Shown here one piece after another: positions 40,300 to 53,814 of a stretch of 64,000 nucleotides of DNA. Both the position numbers and the translations under genes were made by a program. This DNA comes from Octopus vulgaris (lineage: Eukaryota): positions 151,094,001-151,158,000 of the forward strand of contig OX597816.1 of the NCBI GenBank assembly GCA_951406725.2, in the 5' to 3' direction. The notes beneath the pieces are model-generated. The model ran no database searches. It was not told where the DNA came from and saw only the letters and a list, made by a program, of their open reading frames with translations. Numbering within the stretch: the stretch's first letter is position 1; each line of letters opens with the position of its first letter.

Positions 40300-40690
40300 A
40301 TCATTGCTATCATTTTACTGTCCACTTCTCCATGCTTGTACAAGTCAGTTTATTGAAGTGGATTTTACACAGCCAGATGTCCTTGTCACCAAATAATGTA
40401 ATATTTTTCCCATGGCCAGATATGTCTTTACAGAACATTGCAAATGAATGACACTGCTTGTCTGACAGTGATACTATCACAGTGTTAAGACAAAGAGCTA
40501 CTGACATACACACTCTCACATGCATACAGCAGGCTTCTTTCAGTTTCCATCTATCAAGTCCACTCACAAGGGTTTGGTTAGCCTGGGTCTAAAGTAGAAG
40601 ACACTCGCTCAAATTTCCACACAGTGGGACTGAACCCAAAATTAAGTGTTTGGGACACACTTTTTTACGTTGCCATGTCTGTGCCTATGG
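40300..40690 (-). mobile_element. SINE family C, antisense copy
   Basis: caggcttctttcagtttccatcta...gtagaagacactcgctcaa...cagtgggactgaaccc; similar to 11475-11832. Confidence 0.7.
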
Positions 40691-43149
40691 CATACTGGAA
40701 AGAAACTTAGTACAGCATAGTATTTACTTTAACATCATCATTTCTACTATAGAGCAATGGACAAAATGTTTTGTGCTATTTGTCAATTCTCTACATCCAG
40801 AGTTCAAATCCTACTGGGGTCAACTTCACATTACATCCGCCAGGTATTGTTGAAATAAGGCACCTATTGAGTACCAAGTCAATGGTATTGGCTTGCCACT
40901 TTGCTTCAAAATTTTTGGCTTTATGCCTAAATTAGAAACTAGTATTAATTGCTGGCAGAATTGGTAAAGAGCTGTGCACAATGTATTGTGGTATTTTAAT
41001 GTCCCTTCATATTATCTACTACAAAATCTCCAATCTAATGGCAAAAGTAGCTCTTCACCTTTCCAGGGTCAATAAAAAAAGTAGTAGACAATGTTCATTT
41101 GAGTATACCCATTCAATTTGAAACCATCATTACATATGGTAAGCATCAAGAAGGCGGCTTGGTGAGTTATTTGTCAACTAAATTTTCAGTTTGGTGTCAT
41201 TTCAATTCACTGACTTCACCAATGATTGTGGGTAATTATCAATATCACAACCTTCCATTTTTCCTCTCAAGAAATTTTAAGCCAAATATCTCAATAGGAC
41301 TTTTTAAATGTTTGTTTTGTGATTTTCTTGAATGTTTTGTACAGTTCTTGAATTCTTGTGTATTATATATTTCTTTACTACCCATAAGGGGCTAAACACA
41401 GAGAGGAAAAACAAGGAAAGACAAACAGATTAAGTTGATTACATCGACCCCAGTATGTAACTGGTACTGGGGTTGATGTATTGTGTATTATAGCAGATAT
41501 TGATACTCTTCAGGAGGGTCATTTTGCCACATGCATTGTCATAATTCACATTTTATAAATGAATTCAGTTGATTGGTTTATCTTTCACCAATACAACTGT
41601 AATTTTTCAGTCACTCCCCCACCCCTGCAACTATATCTTCCTTTTGATCTGGTATTTATATCTACTCTCTCTCTCTCTCTCTTTGTAATTGGAGGCGCTC
41701 ATAGTAGGGGCTTCTATTTGTGTTTTTCCTTATATAGATACACAGACACACATTTGTTCTTATTTTATTGCCATATGTTGTTTATGGTCATTTACTAGTG
41801 CATGTACTTACCTGCTTGTGTTGTGCTGGTCTGCCTGTCCATCCATACACCTACCCTTACATTTATTTTTGAGTGCATGTATATATATAGTCACTAGTTT
41901 TCAGCAATATTGTGAGTTTTTATCATTCTTAGGTGTGACTTCATCAAACATTACACCCTGGAGTTATCATACCAGGATTTTTTTTTTTACATGTCCTTTC
42001 TTATCTATTCCAGAGTCTCCTCTTATTTCATTTGCATCATTGATGTTGATAGTTTTGAACCTTTTCTTGGTTTCACTAAAACCTATTTGGTACTTTTGGC
42101 CATATCTGTAGTGGTTGAAATCCAGTGCTTACTTTTGCAGTTAAGTAGGTGTATGTGGGATATATTTCTCATCATTTTTACTGGGTCTACTTTTAGGATG
42201 TTTATTTTAACATAATAAATGTTCTTTACAGTACTCTGTTCCAGTTCCTTGATATCTGTCTTGTGGATGTGTTTAATCATAGGTTTGTTATCTCTGTTGT
42301 GAGAGTACATTCCCACACTTATGGGTCTTTGTTATTTTTCTTTGCTTTTCATTCCATTACAGCTAGTTTTTATGAGTGTAATTTTTATAGCATTATACAG
42401 ACATGACTGGCAAATATCAACTGCACTCATGTATAAAATATGATTTGAATACCTATCTACTGAACATAGACGTTTTTAAGTTTATTACTGTTTTTACCAG
42501 AGGTCACTTGCTTATAAAAGTTGAGTCAATGTTTGTACATTACACACAAAAAGACATTGGTGCTTGAATATGATGTATAGCTAAATTATGTAATGCTGTT
42601 GATTGGAAATCAGGCAGTGCTACAGTTGTTCTTTTACAGAGACCGCTCTTAGTTGTGTAGACAGTATCAGTGGTTGTGATGACTAAATTAGATTTTTGTG
42701 TTACACTTGCTGTTATTGGAAGTTGTATTAATTACTCACCTTGTCCTCTTTTTCCACCACCTTTTTAATCACTTGATTTCTTTCTCTCGGCACCCTTTGT
42801 CCATGTTTGCTCTGTCACATCCATTTTCTGGTTTTGCTTTCTTTGTTTTTTTTGGTTTGCAGATTTTTTTAAAAACTTTTTACAATCTTGTCTGTTTTCT
42901 ACCCCTTCACTTCTTCCTTTTCCATTTCTTGCTTTATTTTGCTCTTCACTCTTTCTGTTACTCTCTTATTCTTACTCCCCTTTAAAACTGACCTTTTCAT
43001 ATACTCCTTTCTTCTCAAGTTCTGTTTTGTTCTCTCTCTCAGCTTCACATAACTATTCTGTCTATTCTCCCCTACATTTCTATCTCCTTGCAATTGCTTG
43101 TCCTATGCTTCATTAACACAATGTGACTATATTATATCTCACTATGGAC

Positions 43150-44052
43150 ACTTTCCATCAAATCATTCTGTGCTGTTTTAAAAATTGAAGTACACATTGG
43201 GCCTCACTGAGGCAATGGCGAAGGACCAAGATCTCAGTAGATATGCTGTGACTGCAAAGACCTGGGCTGCTTCCTGCACCAGTTCGCATAGCCCCTGCCC
43301 ATTCAAAGTACCTTGGATTCCAGAACATCCCGCTGTGCTTGAGGAGACCTGTTGAGTCAAGTACATGAACATCGAAATAAATATCAATGGAAATACATAG
43401 TTGTGATACCTGTGCCAGTGGCACATAAAAAGCACCATCCGAACATGGCCGATGCCAGTGGCAAAATACTCGGGCTGCTTTCTGCACCAGTTCTGCATAG
43501 CCCCTGCCCATTCAAAGTACCTTGGATTCCAGAAACATCCCGCTGTGCATGAGGAGACCTGTTGAGTCAAGTACATGAACATCAAAATAAATATCAATGG
43601 AAATAGTAGTTGTGATACCTGTGCCGGTGGCACATAAAAAGCACCATCCAAACGTGGTTGCTGCCAGCGCCACCTCAACTGGCTTCTGTGCTGGTGGCAC
43701 ATAAAAAGCACCATCCAAACGTGGCCGATGCCAGCGCCGCCTCGACTAGCTTCTGTGCCGGTGGCACATAAAAAGCACCATCCGAACGTGGCCAATGCCA
43801 GCGCCGCCTTGGCTGGCTTCCGTGTTGGTGGCACATTAATAGCACCAACCGATCGTGGACGGTGCCAGACTCCCCTGGCACGTAAAAAGCACCCACTACA
43901 CTCGCGGAGTGGTTGGCATTAGGAAGGGCATCCAGCTGTAGAAACACTGCCAGATCAGACTGGAGCCTGGTGCAGCCCCTGGCTTCCCAGACCCCGGTCG
44001 AACTGTCCAACCCGTGCTAGCGCGGAAAGCGGACGTTAAACGATGATGATGA
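43150..44052 (+). mobile_element. Young RTE LINE 3' end with internal duplication and 67-bp tandem repeats
   Basis: ~208-bp duplication (43261/43469); 67-bp units at 43626, 43693, 43760, 43827; ggagtggttggcattaggaagggcatccagc; CpGs retained; (GAT)n tail. Confidence 0.85.
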
Positions 44053-44074
44053 TTGGGTAATGTTGTTTTAGACA

Positions 44075-44840
44075 TCATTATTGTCATATAACATCTGTTT
44101 TCTATGCTGGCATAGATTAAATGGTTTGACTGAAAACTGGTAAGCTGCCCCAGGTTCCAGTCTGGTTTGGCATGATTTTTACTGGATACCCTTCTTAATG
44201 CCAACCACTCTAAGAATGTAGTGAATGCTTTCTACATGCTATTGGCATGAGTGTCAGTTATGAAACATCAGCATCAGTCACGACTATGATTTCACTTGGC
44301 TTGACAGGTCTTCTTAAGCACAGTATATTGCCAATGGTCTTCATCACATATCACTGCCTCCATGGGATCCAACATTTGAACGGTGCTTTTTACATGCCAC
44401 TAGTACTGGTGCCAGGTATGCACCACCGGCGTTGCATTGGCCACAACTACGATTTCATTTAGCTTGATGGGTCTTCTCAAGCACAGCATGTTGCCCAATG
44501 TCTGAAGGGTGTTTTTTACATGCCACCAGCACAAGTGCCAGTTATATGACACTAGCATCAGCCACGACTGCAATTTTACTTGGTTTGATGAGTCTTCTCA
44601 AGCATGGTATCGTCAAAGGTCTTGGTCATTTGTCATTGCCCCCATCAGGCCCAACGTTTGAAGATCATGCTTCATCACCTAGTCCCATGGCTTCCTGGAT
44701 CTACCTCTTCCACTAGAGATCAGCCCTTCTTCACACAGCTGTCCTTGTCCATACACATTACATGACCATACCAGCACAGTCGTCTCTCTTGCACACCACA
44801 TCTGATGCCTGTTATGCCCAATTTTTCTCTCAAGACCTGT
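44075..44840 (-). mobile_element. RTE LINE 3' fragment, antisense (ORF C-terminus plus 3' UTR)
   Basis: 44690-44820 is the reverse complement of an RTE C-terminus like that at 56340-56480; 44085-44240 mirrors 43880-44040. Confidence 0.8.
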
Positions 44841-47199
44841 CTCTAAAATGCAAGATGGTCACAGATTGAAAACCTTTGATTATATAAATCTGTTTGATCA
44901 GTCTTCATGCTATATAGCGTCATTCTTTCATTTTTCTTAATTATTGATATAACCGACAGCCAAAAGTTGGTAGCTTTGGTGTAGCTAGTTTGGTTTTTCA
45001 CTTTTCAAACAGATAGTGAGCTTTCATTACTTGGGACTGTAATATAAGAACCAGTAACATGCTGCTAATTAACTAGTCCATTATAATCTGCATGTAATTA
45101 CTGATAAGGATGAGGTAGTTGAGAGCCAGACAAGTATGGTCTCCAGATATGAACCTGTCTGCTGAAGGTGCATCAGTGAACAGATAACAATTTTTCATCT
45201 GTGTAGAATTGTTTTTGAGCTAGTTGGGTGGAGCTAGCACATCTGATATGGGTGGGAAATTTGTTCCAAGATGGGTTTAATGTGTATGTTTAAGTGGAGC
45301 ATGAAAGTATGGTGGAACATACTTTCGGACTATAAAGCATGAGAATATTGTGAGATAAAGATTGTCATAAAACCTGTAGAAGAGTTTATATGTAGGACAA
45401 TTTGGTGATCAGGCATTTGGGCATTTGACAAGAAACGTGTTTTATTATAAGAAAGATAATTTTCTTTCTTGACTGCTGAGTACTTTAATATATTATCAAT
45501 TTTCAGTTAAGTCAATATCACACTTAAAATCACTACATATTCCTTGTATCTTCCCTGTAAATTTGAGGTTTCATACCAATGTATGAAAGTAAAATTGTAT
45601 TGTATATGGCATTAACTTTGTCATCAAAACTTAGAAACATGCACTTTATAAGTATTGGAAAATATACTTGACCGGAAAAGCAAGAGTAAGATGCTCTACT
45701 TAATACACTGCTTGATTGATGACATGATCTTAAGCGATACCCAATACATCTCACTTAGTCATACTGCACCCTATACAAATTACCTTGGCTAAATACACTG
45801 CTCCACACACCTTGCACCGATTAACACTTTGCTCTTGCTCTTTGATTTTTATGTTTATGCATTTCTTCAGTTTTGAAATTCCTTTTTGAAGGTTATAGTA
45901 TTTCAGCTACATAACTTTTGCAATATCTCTGTCGTATGTCTCGCAACTAATAGACAATCAAAATGGTGCTGTGTTCCCAAGCTTGACCATTTTCATTATT
46001 TTACTATTTCTTTCACTTAATTTTGGCTACTCTATGCTTTTAGAAGTAAGATGGTAGAGTAAATAAGATATTGGACCACCTACCTACTCATTGCATTGGT
46101 TGTGGTTTGAGATCTACTGCTGGCATTCCAATGTAATTTCTGGGCAGAATGCTTTATTGCTTCAGTTTACCAATCTGTTAGGAATAGGTAACAAATCAAC
46201 TGAAACTGACTTGTGGTAGACCAAGATCTTGTACAACAGATGATTTATCTCTTTTGCTTCATACCATAAATTTGAAGGTATGCACCAATCCTTAAATGGG
46301 GCTTAGAAGAAAATTACATTTCCATCAGGCTTTGCATGCTAAGCTACATGAATAAGGAATTTGTTCAAAATAGATGAGTTAGTGTAAAGCCCATCCCACT
46401 CTCTCACTCAAAGCATGTCTCTAACAGTGCATGGATGCCAAGCCAAATTGTGCACATTGTGATTATTAACACATTTTTTGTTTCGTGGTTAAAATTTTTT
46501 TTTCTTGCATAAAAATACCTTCATTGTCTGGATGTCATTCTCTTGGGTCTGAAAGCCTCTTCAATAGTCATGAGGAAGTCTTCATACTAATTTATGTATA
46601 TATAATTTGAAAAGGCAGATCACAATTACACCTCTAGTTAGAAGGCAGTTTATCAAAAATAGCATGACTATTTCTTTTGTTCAGTTTTTTCATTTTTATT
46701 TTCTTTTTCTTTGCTGATGGAGGTAAATCTAGAAATGCTTTCAGGAATATATAGTTTTTCTTCATTTACACAAATTATGAAAAATATTTTAAAGTATGCT
46801 GTATACTTGCCACTTTGCACACTGTATTACATTCCACATGCTGACTTGAGGTATTTGCTTCAACCTAGATTAGCTAGATCGTTGTTCAGGTGTATTTTTA
46901 ACATTCTCACTGTAATCTTGTTTTCTTTATTCACCTTAACTATGTTTAATAGCAACAAATATCATTGAAAGTGACTGAGACAAGTGGAGTAACTTTACAT
47001 ATTCTATATTTCTGCAGACTTTTTTGTTTGCTTTTTTTTAAGCCTATTCATTCTCAGGCACATCTTACAATGATTCCCTGTATTTTTTCTCTTTTTTTTA
47101 GTGCATTAGTGATATAATGAATATTTAGAACTGACCCTCCTATATTAAGGAGTAATTTTACAGAGCTTTTTCATAAATTTATTATCTGTTTTGAAAGAT

Positions 47200-50100
47200 A
47201 TCTTAGATTTATGAAGCCAGATGAATACAATAAAATTAATTTATTTCTATTAAGTCTGGGAGGTGTTCAATATTTGGTTACTCTGATGAAATAGTGGTTT
47301 AAGATTGCAAAAGAGACAGCTGAGGATGTCATTAACTACTTTTCACGAATAAAGCATTTCATTGCATCTAAATTTACAAATGATAAAAATACTCAGTGAA
47401 CAATCACCTGGACAACCTGTTAATGACTTTGTCAGTTCTCTTTGACAAATATTGCAGACTTCCTATATCATTTGCAAAAGAAGTTCTTACAGGTGCTTTT
47501 TGCCTAGAGCTTTAACCATTTGAAAAGTAGTTTTCCATAGCTTTGTGTTTTTTCATAAAACTAGAAAAACCCTTATTCAAGTGGAAGAATCTATCATTAG
47601 TGCAATAGACAGCATCTTAAGACATTCTAATTCTTATGTTGCTGTTGGGAAATTAACTTTTAGTCTAAAACTTGTTTTTAGGATAGCTCTTACCTTACAT
47701 GGCCGTAGAGAATTTCCTGCTAACTGATAAACAATGTAAGGTAATGGAACATTTTGCAAAGATATTTTGGAAACCAAAAGTATTAAAAGTATCCTTCCAT
47801 CAAAAGCAATTCAAAGTAGTGAAATAAATTGTTTCCTAGTAACTAAAGTTTCTGTTGTCTATGGAATATCTGATTCTGCCATTTTTGGAATTTCTGCATT
47901 ATCACAACTACAGTCACTTCAATTTAAATTTAAAGATAAACTTCCACCTTTAATTATATTGCATGTGTTAATCTGAAAGTTAATATATTTAACAAACATT
48001 TAAAAGTCTGATTATTCATTGTCTCAAACTTAGGAATTTTAGTAAAAGTAATAATTTTGCTTCACTCAGACTCGTTCTTTTGAAAACCTCAAATTCATTA
48101 AAGTTGAAATTAATAAACTACTGGATGAGGGAATATTTATATCTTCAGAGTCATGGTGTTCTCAAGTGTTGAAGTCAATAAAAGTTGTGGCAAAAAGTGT
48201 TTCACTACGTATCTACTATTAACAGATATACCCAGCTAGGTACATTTCCTATCCCATTTATTAGTAATGTTTTAAACCTAAGTTACAGAAATCATAATTT
48301 CAGTATGGTTGACCTTCATTCAGCACATTAAGTGTAGTTTACTCCTCAAGAGTAACATTTTACTTCTTTCGAAGCTAATAGTGAATTATTCCAATTTATG
48401 CAAGATTCTGAAATTACAAATAGCATTAGCTTTTAGCAGAGTAGTGAAAGAAATTAAAGACTTAAAAGAAATAGCCTCATTACTTTAATGTGGTGATTTG
48501 TGGAGAAAATACTAAAATATCTTCTGTTGTGAATATGCGCTTTTTCTAAATATGTGCAAATGAGAGGGCTTTAACTCCAATCTAAAATAATGTAAAATCA
48601 GTGTGACTGAGTTACTATTTCTGGGTTACATATTTAGAGAAGGTAAGAAACAATTAAAGAGCTTCCTTATGTTCATCATCTTCCAACACTTGGTTCCCTA
48701 CTTACGATTGAAGCAGATATTCATCTGTTTCATTAAAAGTTTCTGTGCTAATTCAAAATGGGCAGCCAATTTGCTACTATTCACATAGATTGAGTGCTAT
48801 TGAAAAGATATAACTTGTTGCAGCTCATATTTTATCATTTGAAAAATATGCAACACTACCTATTAACACAAAAATTCAAACTTAATATAGATCAACAAAC
48901 AATAACTTTCCTTATGTTACTTAGTCTCCATCTAATACTAATACTCTGTAAGACTATAGCTCACAGAGTTCACATGAAATACAGTACCATCCAAGAAGTA
49001 CTTGTAAGATGATGAATTGATATCAATAGATTCCCTCAAATGCTCAGAGAGATCATTAGAAGTAGATAGCTTCTGTTACCTAAGAGACCAAGTTAGCTGT
49101 GGATGAGGAAGTTCTGAAAGTATAGTTAATAGAATAAGGAGTGAGGCAAAGTTCAGAGCTTCTACTTTTGTGCAAGAGAGAAGACTGTGCTGGTTTAATC
49201 ATGTAGTGTGTATGGAGGAGTACAGTTGCATAAAGAAGTTCCATTGTAATTGTGAAGGGAACCTGTGGAAGACGGACAAAGTGGCAAGAAAGAATCTTTG
49301 GATGTTGGGCCTCATTAAGGAAATGATAAGGAACTGGGAGTTGTGGTGATGCACCAAGCAAAGTAAAATTGCTGTCCTCCGTACATATAGGCTTGTCCTT
49401 TACAAATGCTGGTGCCATATAAAATTCACTCATGTTGGTGCAACATAAATGTACCCATGCTGGTGGCACATGAAAAGCACCTGGCACACTCTGTAAAGTA
49501 GTTGGCATTAGGAAGAGCATCCAGCCATAGAAACCATACCATAACAGACAATTGGAGTCTGGACAGCTCCCAGCTGGTCAGTTCCATGACAAACCATCTA
49601 ACCCATGCCAGCATGGAAAATATATGTTAAATGATAATGATGAATTTGAATAGATAAGCATTACACTTGATAGTAATCTGAATGCTAAGGGGTTAAATAC
49701 ACAAATTGGCTTCTATGAAGAGTCAGTTCTAATAATCTGTTACAAAAACACATTACAGATGAAATTAGATTGTATGTGTATGACATTAAAACCTTATTTC
49801 ATCAAGAGTTTCAACTTGCTAGCTTATACAATCAACAAAACCTTGCAGCAACTGTCCCTTGATATTGTAGGACCAAAATCAATTACTATAATGAGTGACT
49901 CTTACATTCTGACAGTAGCTAATGAGTTTATGTATTATTGTATTTGTTTTACAAAAAGAAAATTTTCCAAGCTCTCATTAAAAGCTTCTACTCATTATTC
50001 ACTTGGTTCAGAGCTCCAAGCTTTGTTCATAGTAACCATGGCACTCAATATGAAAGCACTGGGTTTGGAATTTTTAAGTAGAAAGAACAACTCATCGCTA

Positions 50101-50200
50101 TAAATTACCAAATGGACAATATGAATGTTACAATGGGAAGATGTGGAAAACTACTAAGTTGTACTTAATTCAAGCAAACAAGATGATAAAAGAACTTGCT
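47200..50200 (+). mobile_element. Highly decayed Ty3/Gypsy LTR retrotransposon internal region (RT-RNase H-integrase)
   Basis: Frame-broken motifs in Gypsy order: EINKLLDEGI, TINRYTQLGTFPIP, FSMVDLHSAH, FTSFEANSELFQF, CKISVTELLFLGYIF (RT); QHYLLTQKFKLNIDQ (RNase H); LQQLSLDIVGP..YILTVANEF, APSFVHSNHGTQY, NGQYECYNGKMWKT (integrase). Possible polypurine tract at ~50465-50480. LTRs not confirmed. Confidence 0.8.
49070..49642 (+). mobile_element. RTE LINE 3' fragment nested in the Gypsy pol
   Basis: gggaacctgtggaagac (RTE C-terminus), gttggcattaggaagagcatccagc, acccatgccagcatggaaaa and GAT tail, between RNase H and integrase motifs. Confidence 0.8.
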
Positions 50201-51422
50201 CGGGTGGTGATTTAAAAATGTAATTAAAGTACTCCCTTAATGTCCTCATTTAATTTTTAACAGGGAAGCCTGACAGTCTCAACAAGCCATTTATCTCAAA
50301 CTCCTGAACACAAAGTTTTAGGTAACACTGAAACCTGCAAACCTTTAGTCATGTATCCTCTCTCTTAAGCAAGTACAACTACAACAATCATAAGTTTGGA
50401 AATAGTAAATGCTGAGAACATCTAAAATGTTTACTGCAACTTAACTAGCAATTCTAGCGTCCTGAAAGGAGCAAGAAGAATGCTTGCTTATTTGGATGTG
50501 TATGATATGTAATAATGACCAACAATGACTTTTGTTATACTTTGTATTGTTAATTACCAAGTTTTTTTGGGTTTTTTTACCATTTGGAAGTTACCATTTG
50601 ACATTTCTTAATGTTCTTCCCCTTGTTGAATATCTTATTGAATATTCTTTATTAAAACATATAAATCAGATGACTTTGTTTACAACTTCTGATGTGTGAC
50701 ATTCATCTTTGGTTGGACATTCACTGTTTGAAATTATAAACACTCAGAAACAAAACCAGAATGTAGACTTCACTGGAAGCGTAGCTTCAACTCTAGTGTG
50801 TGCTTGCTTGTTTCAATTAAATGTAGATGCTATTGTATTGAAGATTAACTTACTTACCTGAGCAATTAATGAACATTTTTTATTGTCAATTACTTGGGAT
50901 TTATATTGGCAATTAACTTAAGATGAGTTATTTTAGGTTTTTATTTAACACATGTTTAATAATTCATGTGAATGATATCCTATTATCTTGGCCAGGTGTA
51001 ACTTACAAAATCTATATTACTATTAAGCAGCATAAATCTTATACAGCTTAGATGATGTTTAGATGAGTTTCTATGTGATTCTGAAGCTGTGTGTAAGATT
51101 CATAGGGATGCTCAAAATGTAATGGAACGTGTGGTAGTTATGCCAATCTTATGATCATTGATGATATGAATGAAGTAAAATACCTACAACTCGGAGCATT
51201 AGATTTATCTATTGTTATAAGGTTCATTTGTTTCTTTATGGAAGCAAGTTTATATATTTGAAAACTGGGCAACAAACTTGCCAAGCACCAGGTATAAAAA
51301 GCATTATAGATCCATAAAAACAATTTTATATCTGACCCTTACAGATTGATTAACCCAGCTAAATCTGAAATAGGATTAGTTAATAAAACATATTTTAAAT
51401 TAGAAAAGCCACCAACCTACAA

Positions 51423-52000
51423 CAAGGGTTTCCTGAAAGTAATGCAAAAGTGAGCATAACTTTTTTATTAACTGACATTGTTTGTTTAAATTGCACATGT
51501 TTAGTAGCATAACTTCTTTATAGAGATGTACTATTTAGCATAATCTTCATCACAATGATGATTTACACCCAACTTTAAAATCCTCTTCAAAAAAATTCAG
51601 GTGTGCTATTGTACCCCACTTTTGTTCCACTTTCACCTCCTCTGTGTCATCAAACTGACCCCTAACAACTTTCAATGAACTGAACTAGTCAGATGGTGCC
51701 AAATCCAGGGTAGATGGGGCACCACTGATATGCCCAATTTGCTGCTGGTTGCCTAATTTGTTGCCAATTTTAATTAGACATGCTCATGATGAATATGAAC
51801 TCTTTTCCATTTTTTTTTTTTTTTTGATCTCTTGAGCATTTCAATGTACTGCTTGGTTGTCAGAGTCTAACCACAAAAATCAAGGAGAATGATAACCAGT
51901 TTCACCCTTCCATAAAAAAAAAAGCCCATTAAAAAAAACAAAAAACTTTGTCTCAGTTACTAGCTCTTGAATTCTTAGGCTTTGGAAAAGAGGTATGACA
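51423..52000 (-). mobile_element. Decayed mariner-like element
   Basis: Mariner-like terminus caagggtttcctgaaagtaatg; minus-strand PSTLDLAPSD at 51688-51717 resembles YSPDLAPSD. Extent uncertain. Confidence 0.45.
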
Positions 52001-53576
52001 TCATTCCATGGACTGAATCATAAAAATACATTGTTTCATTCCCTTTGTCTCTTTCTTGATCTTAAAGATACATTCATGTTTCATTCCCTGTCACCAGATC
52101 CAAAAAAATGTGTTTTCATTAGCTTCAAACACTTCCTTCCAGTAAATCAAAGCAGACTTTCATTCTTATTTCCTTCAAATTGAATATCAACTGTCATACA
52201 CTTTCTGATATCCAAGGTCTTCCATCTTCTATAATGGATTGTGACCACAAAATTCTTTAATGGATTGTGACCTCAATATACTTGTATAATTGTAACTCAT
52301 CTGCTCATGCAATTTAATGTCCACTCTCTGATAATTTGTGTCAGTGGTTGCAGTTCATCTCTCCACACTGTATATTTTGTCTTCAGTGCTGGTTTCCCTT
52401 TCTTTAAACTTTTTTAGTTCATCTGTACACATTGATATTGCCAGGGTTATCATTTCCATGAACAACCTTGTCTTTAAAACATACATATACATGCAGATAT
52501 GCACACAATATATAGTCGTGATATAGTGATGTAACTAAGATATAATGCATATATGTGTGCATATAATTGTATTGACCAGACTATTGAATGTTGTTGCACA
52601 CTGTTGATTACAATGTGATTCTTTGAATTGTTATAGCTTTCGACTGATTGTACCCCCTCTGTCTGTCTGTCTGTTTCTCTCTCTCTCTCCACTCACACAC
52701 ACACACATGGAGGGAGGGAGAAAATGCCTTGTACTTCATCGGTCCAGTTCTGGTGAGCTGTGGCTGTGAATTTTATTTGTTATGTCAATGACATTCTAAA
52801 GGAACTCGCTTTTCTGCTTTCTAAAATTACAAAAAACATCATTCCAAATTTTGGAGAAGAATAACTAAGATCACTTCATCAAACTGCAGAAATGATTAAG
52901 CAATCTAAATTTTAACATAATTTAATTTTTTTTTTTATATTGAAGTTAATTGCTCTAACTTTTAAAAATTACTGTCATTTTAGTTTGTATGTTGAAACTT
53001 GCAGCAAGCCAGCTATATTGACAAACCAATAACTCTGACTGGAAAGTCAATTGTTCCCATTCCACAATGGCATTGTTGATGTATCTTTGGCAATGCTCTG
53101 TAATTATTACTCTAAAAGTACACCTAGCTGAAGATAGGTACTTTTGGAAGGTACAGCTTACCATTGTAAACAATGATAATACTTTGTAATTGACATATTT
53201 TATTAATTGTTGAACTTGAATTTCCTTTACAGTTTAGTTGAGTCTGACATATTATTGCAGCAGATTGACATAATCATTATAGTGTCTGAAAAAAAATTGC
53301 TTTGCAGCATTCTTTCTAGCTCTTTTACATTCTAAGTTCAAATCCTGCCATGGTAAACTTTACCTTTTGTCCATCTGGGGCCAATGGTGTCACTCCTCCT
53401 TCACTCAAAATTGCTGGCCTTATAAATTAGAAGCCACTGTTTGTTCAAGACAAATTTAAAAGAGAGTGATGGGGTGCTCATGTTTTATCCAAAACTTATG
53501 GAAACTATTTTTGTGTGCTCTAGTTGTCTTTTACTCAAGTTATTTGTACGTTGTTGCTTTCTTATTGTTTTAGCAG

Positions 53577-53661
53577 GTCAAGTGGATTTATTTGAAAAAT
53601 ATGACATAAAAGTAAACAAATCTGATATTTTACCTCATAATAAAACAGACTGTGTACAAAG
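53577..53661 (+). other. Weak candidate 85-nt exon (GQVDLFEKYDIKVNKSDILPHNKTDCVQ)
   Basis: Pyrimidine tract plus tag/cag tandem acceptor, open phase-1 frame, weak donor AAG|GTATTT; no homology recognised. Confidence 0.25.
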
Positions 53662-53814
53662 GTATTTTAGATTGATTGCAACCTAATAATTTGGTTACCA
53701 CTCTAGCAATGAAAATAGTTTGCAATTTTTTTAATGAATGGTGCTAGTGTCCTCAATATATGGTAATGATATTATATGCTTATATAGCAGCTGGTTGAGT
53801 TGCTTCTAATTTAA

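Noticed and set aside
43178-43834. Longest ORF (218 aa, minus strand)
   Set aside because: Antisense read-through of duplicated RTE 3' UTR repeats; the peptide repeats mirror the DNA repeats.
43620-43895. CRISPR-like appearance of regularly spaced palindromic repeats
   Set aside because: The intervening sequences are also repeated (no unique spacers), no cas genes, eukaryotic LINE context.
45111-45120. tgaggtagt let-7-like start
   Set aside because: Only 9 nt match; no precursor hairpin.
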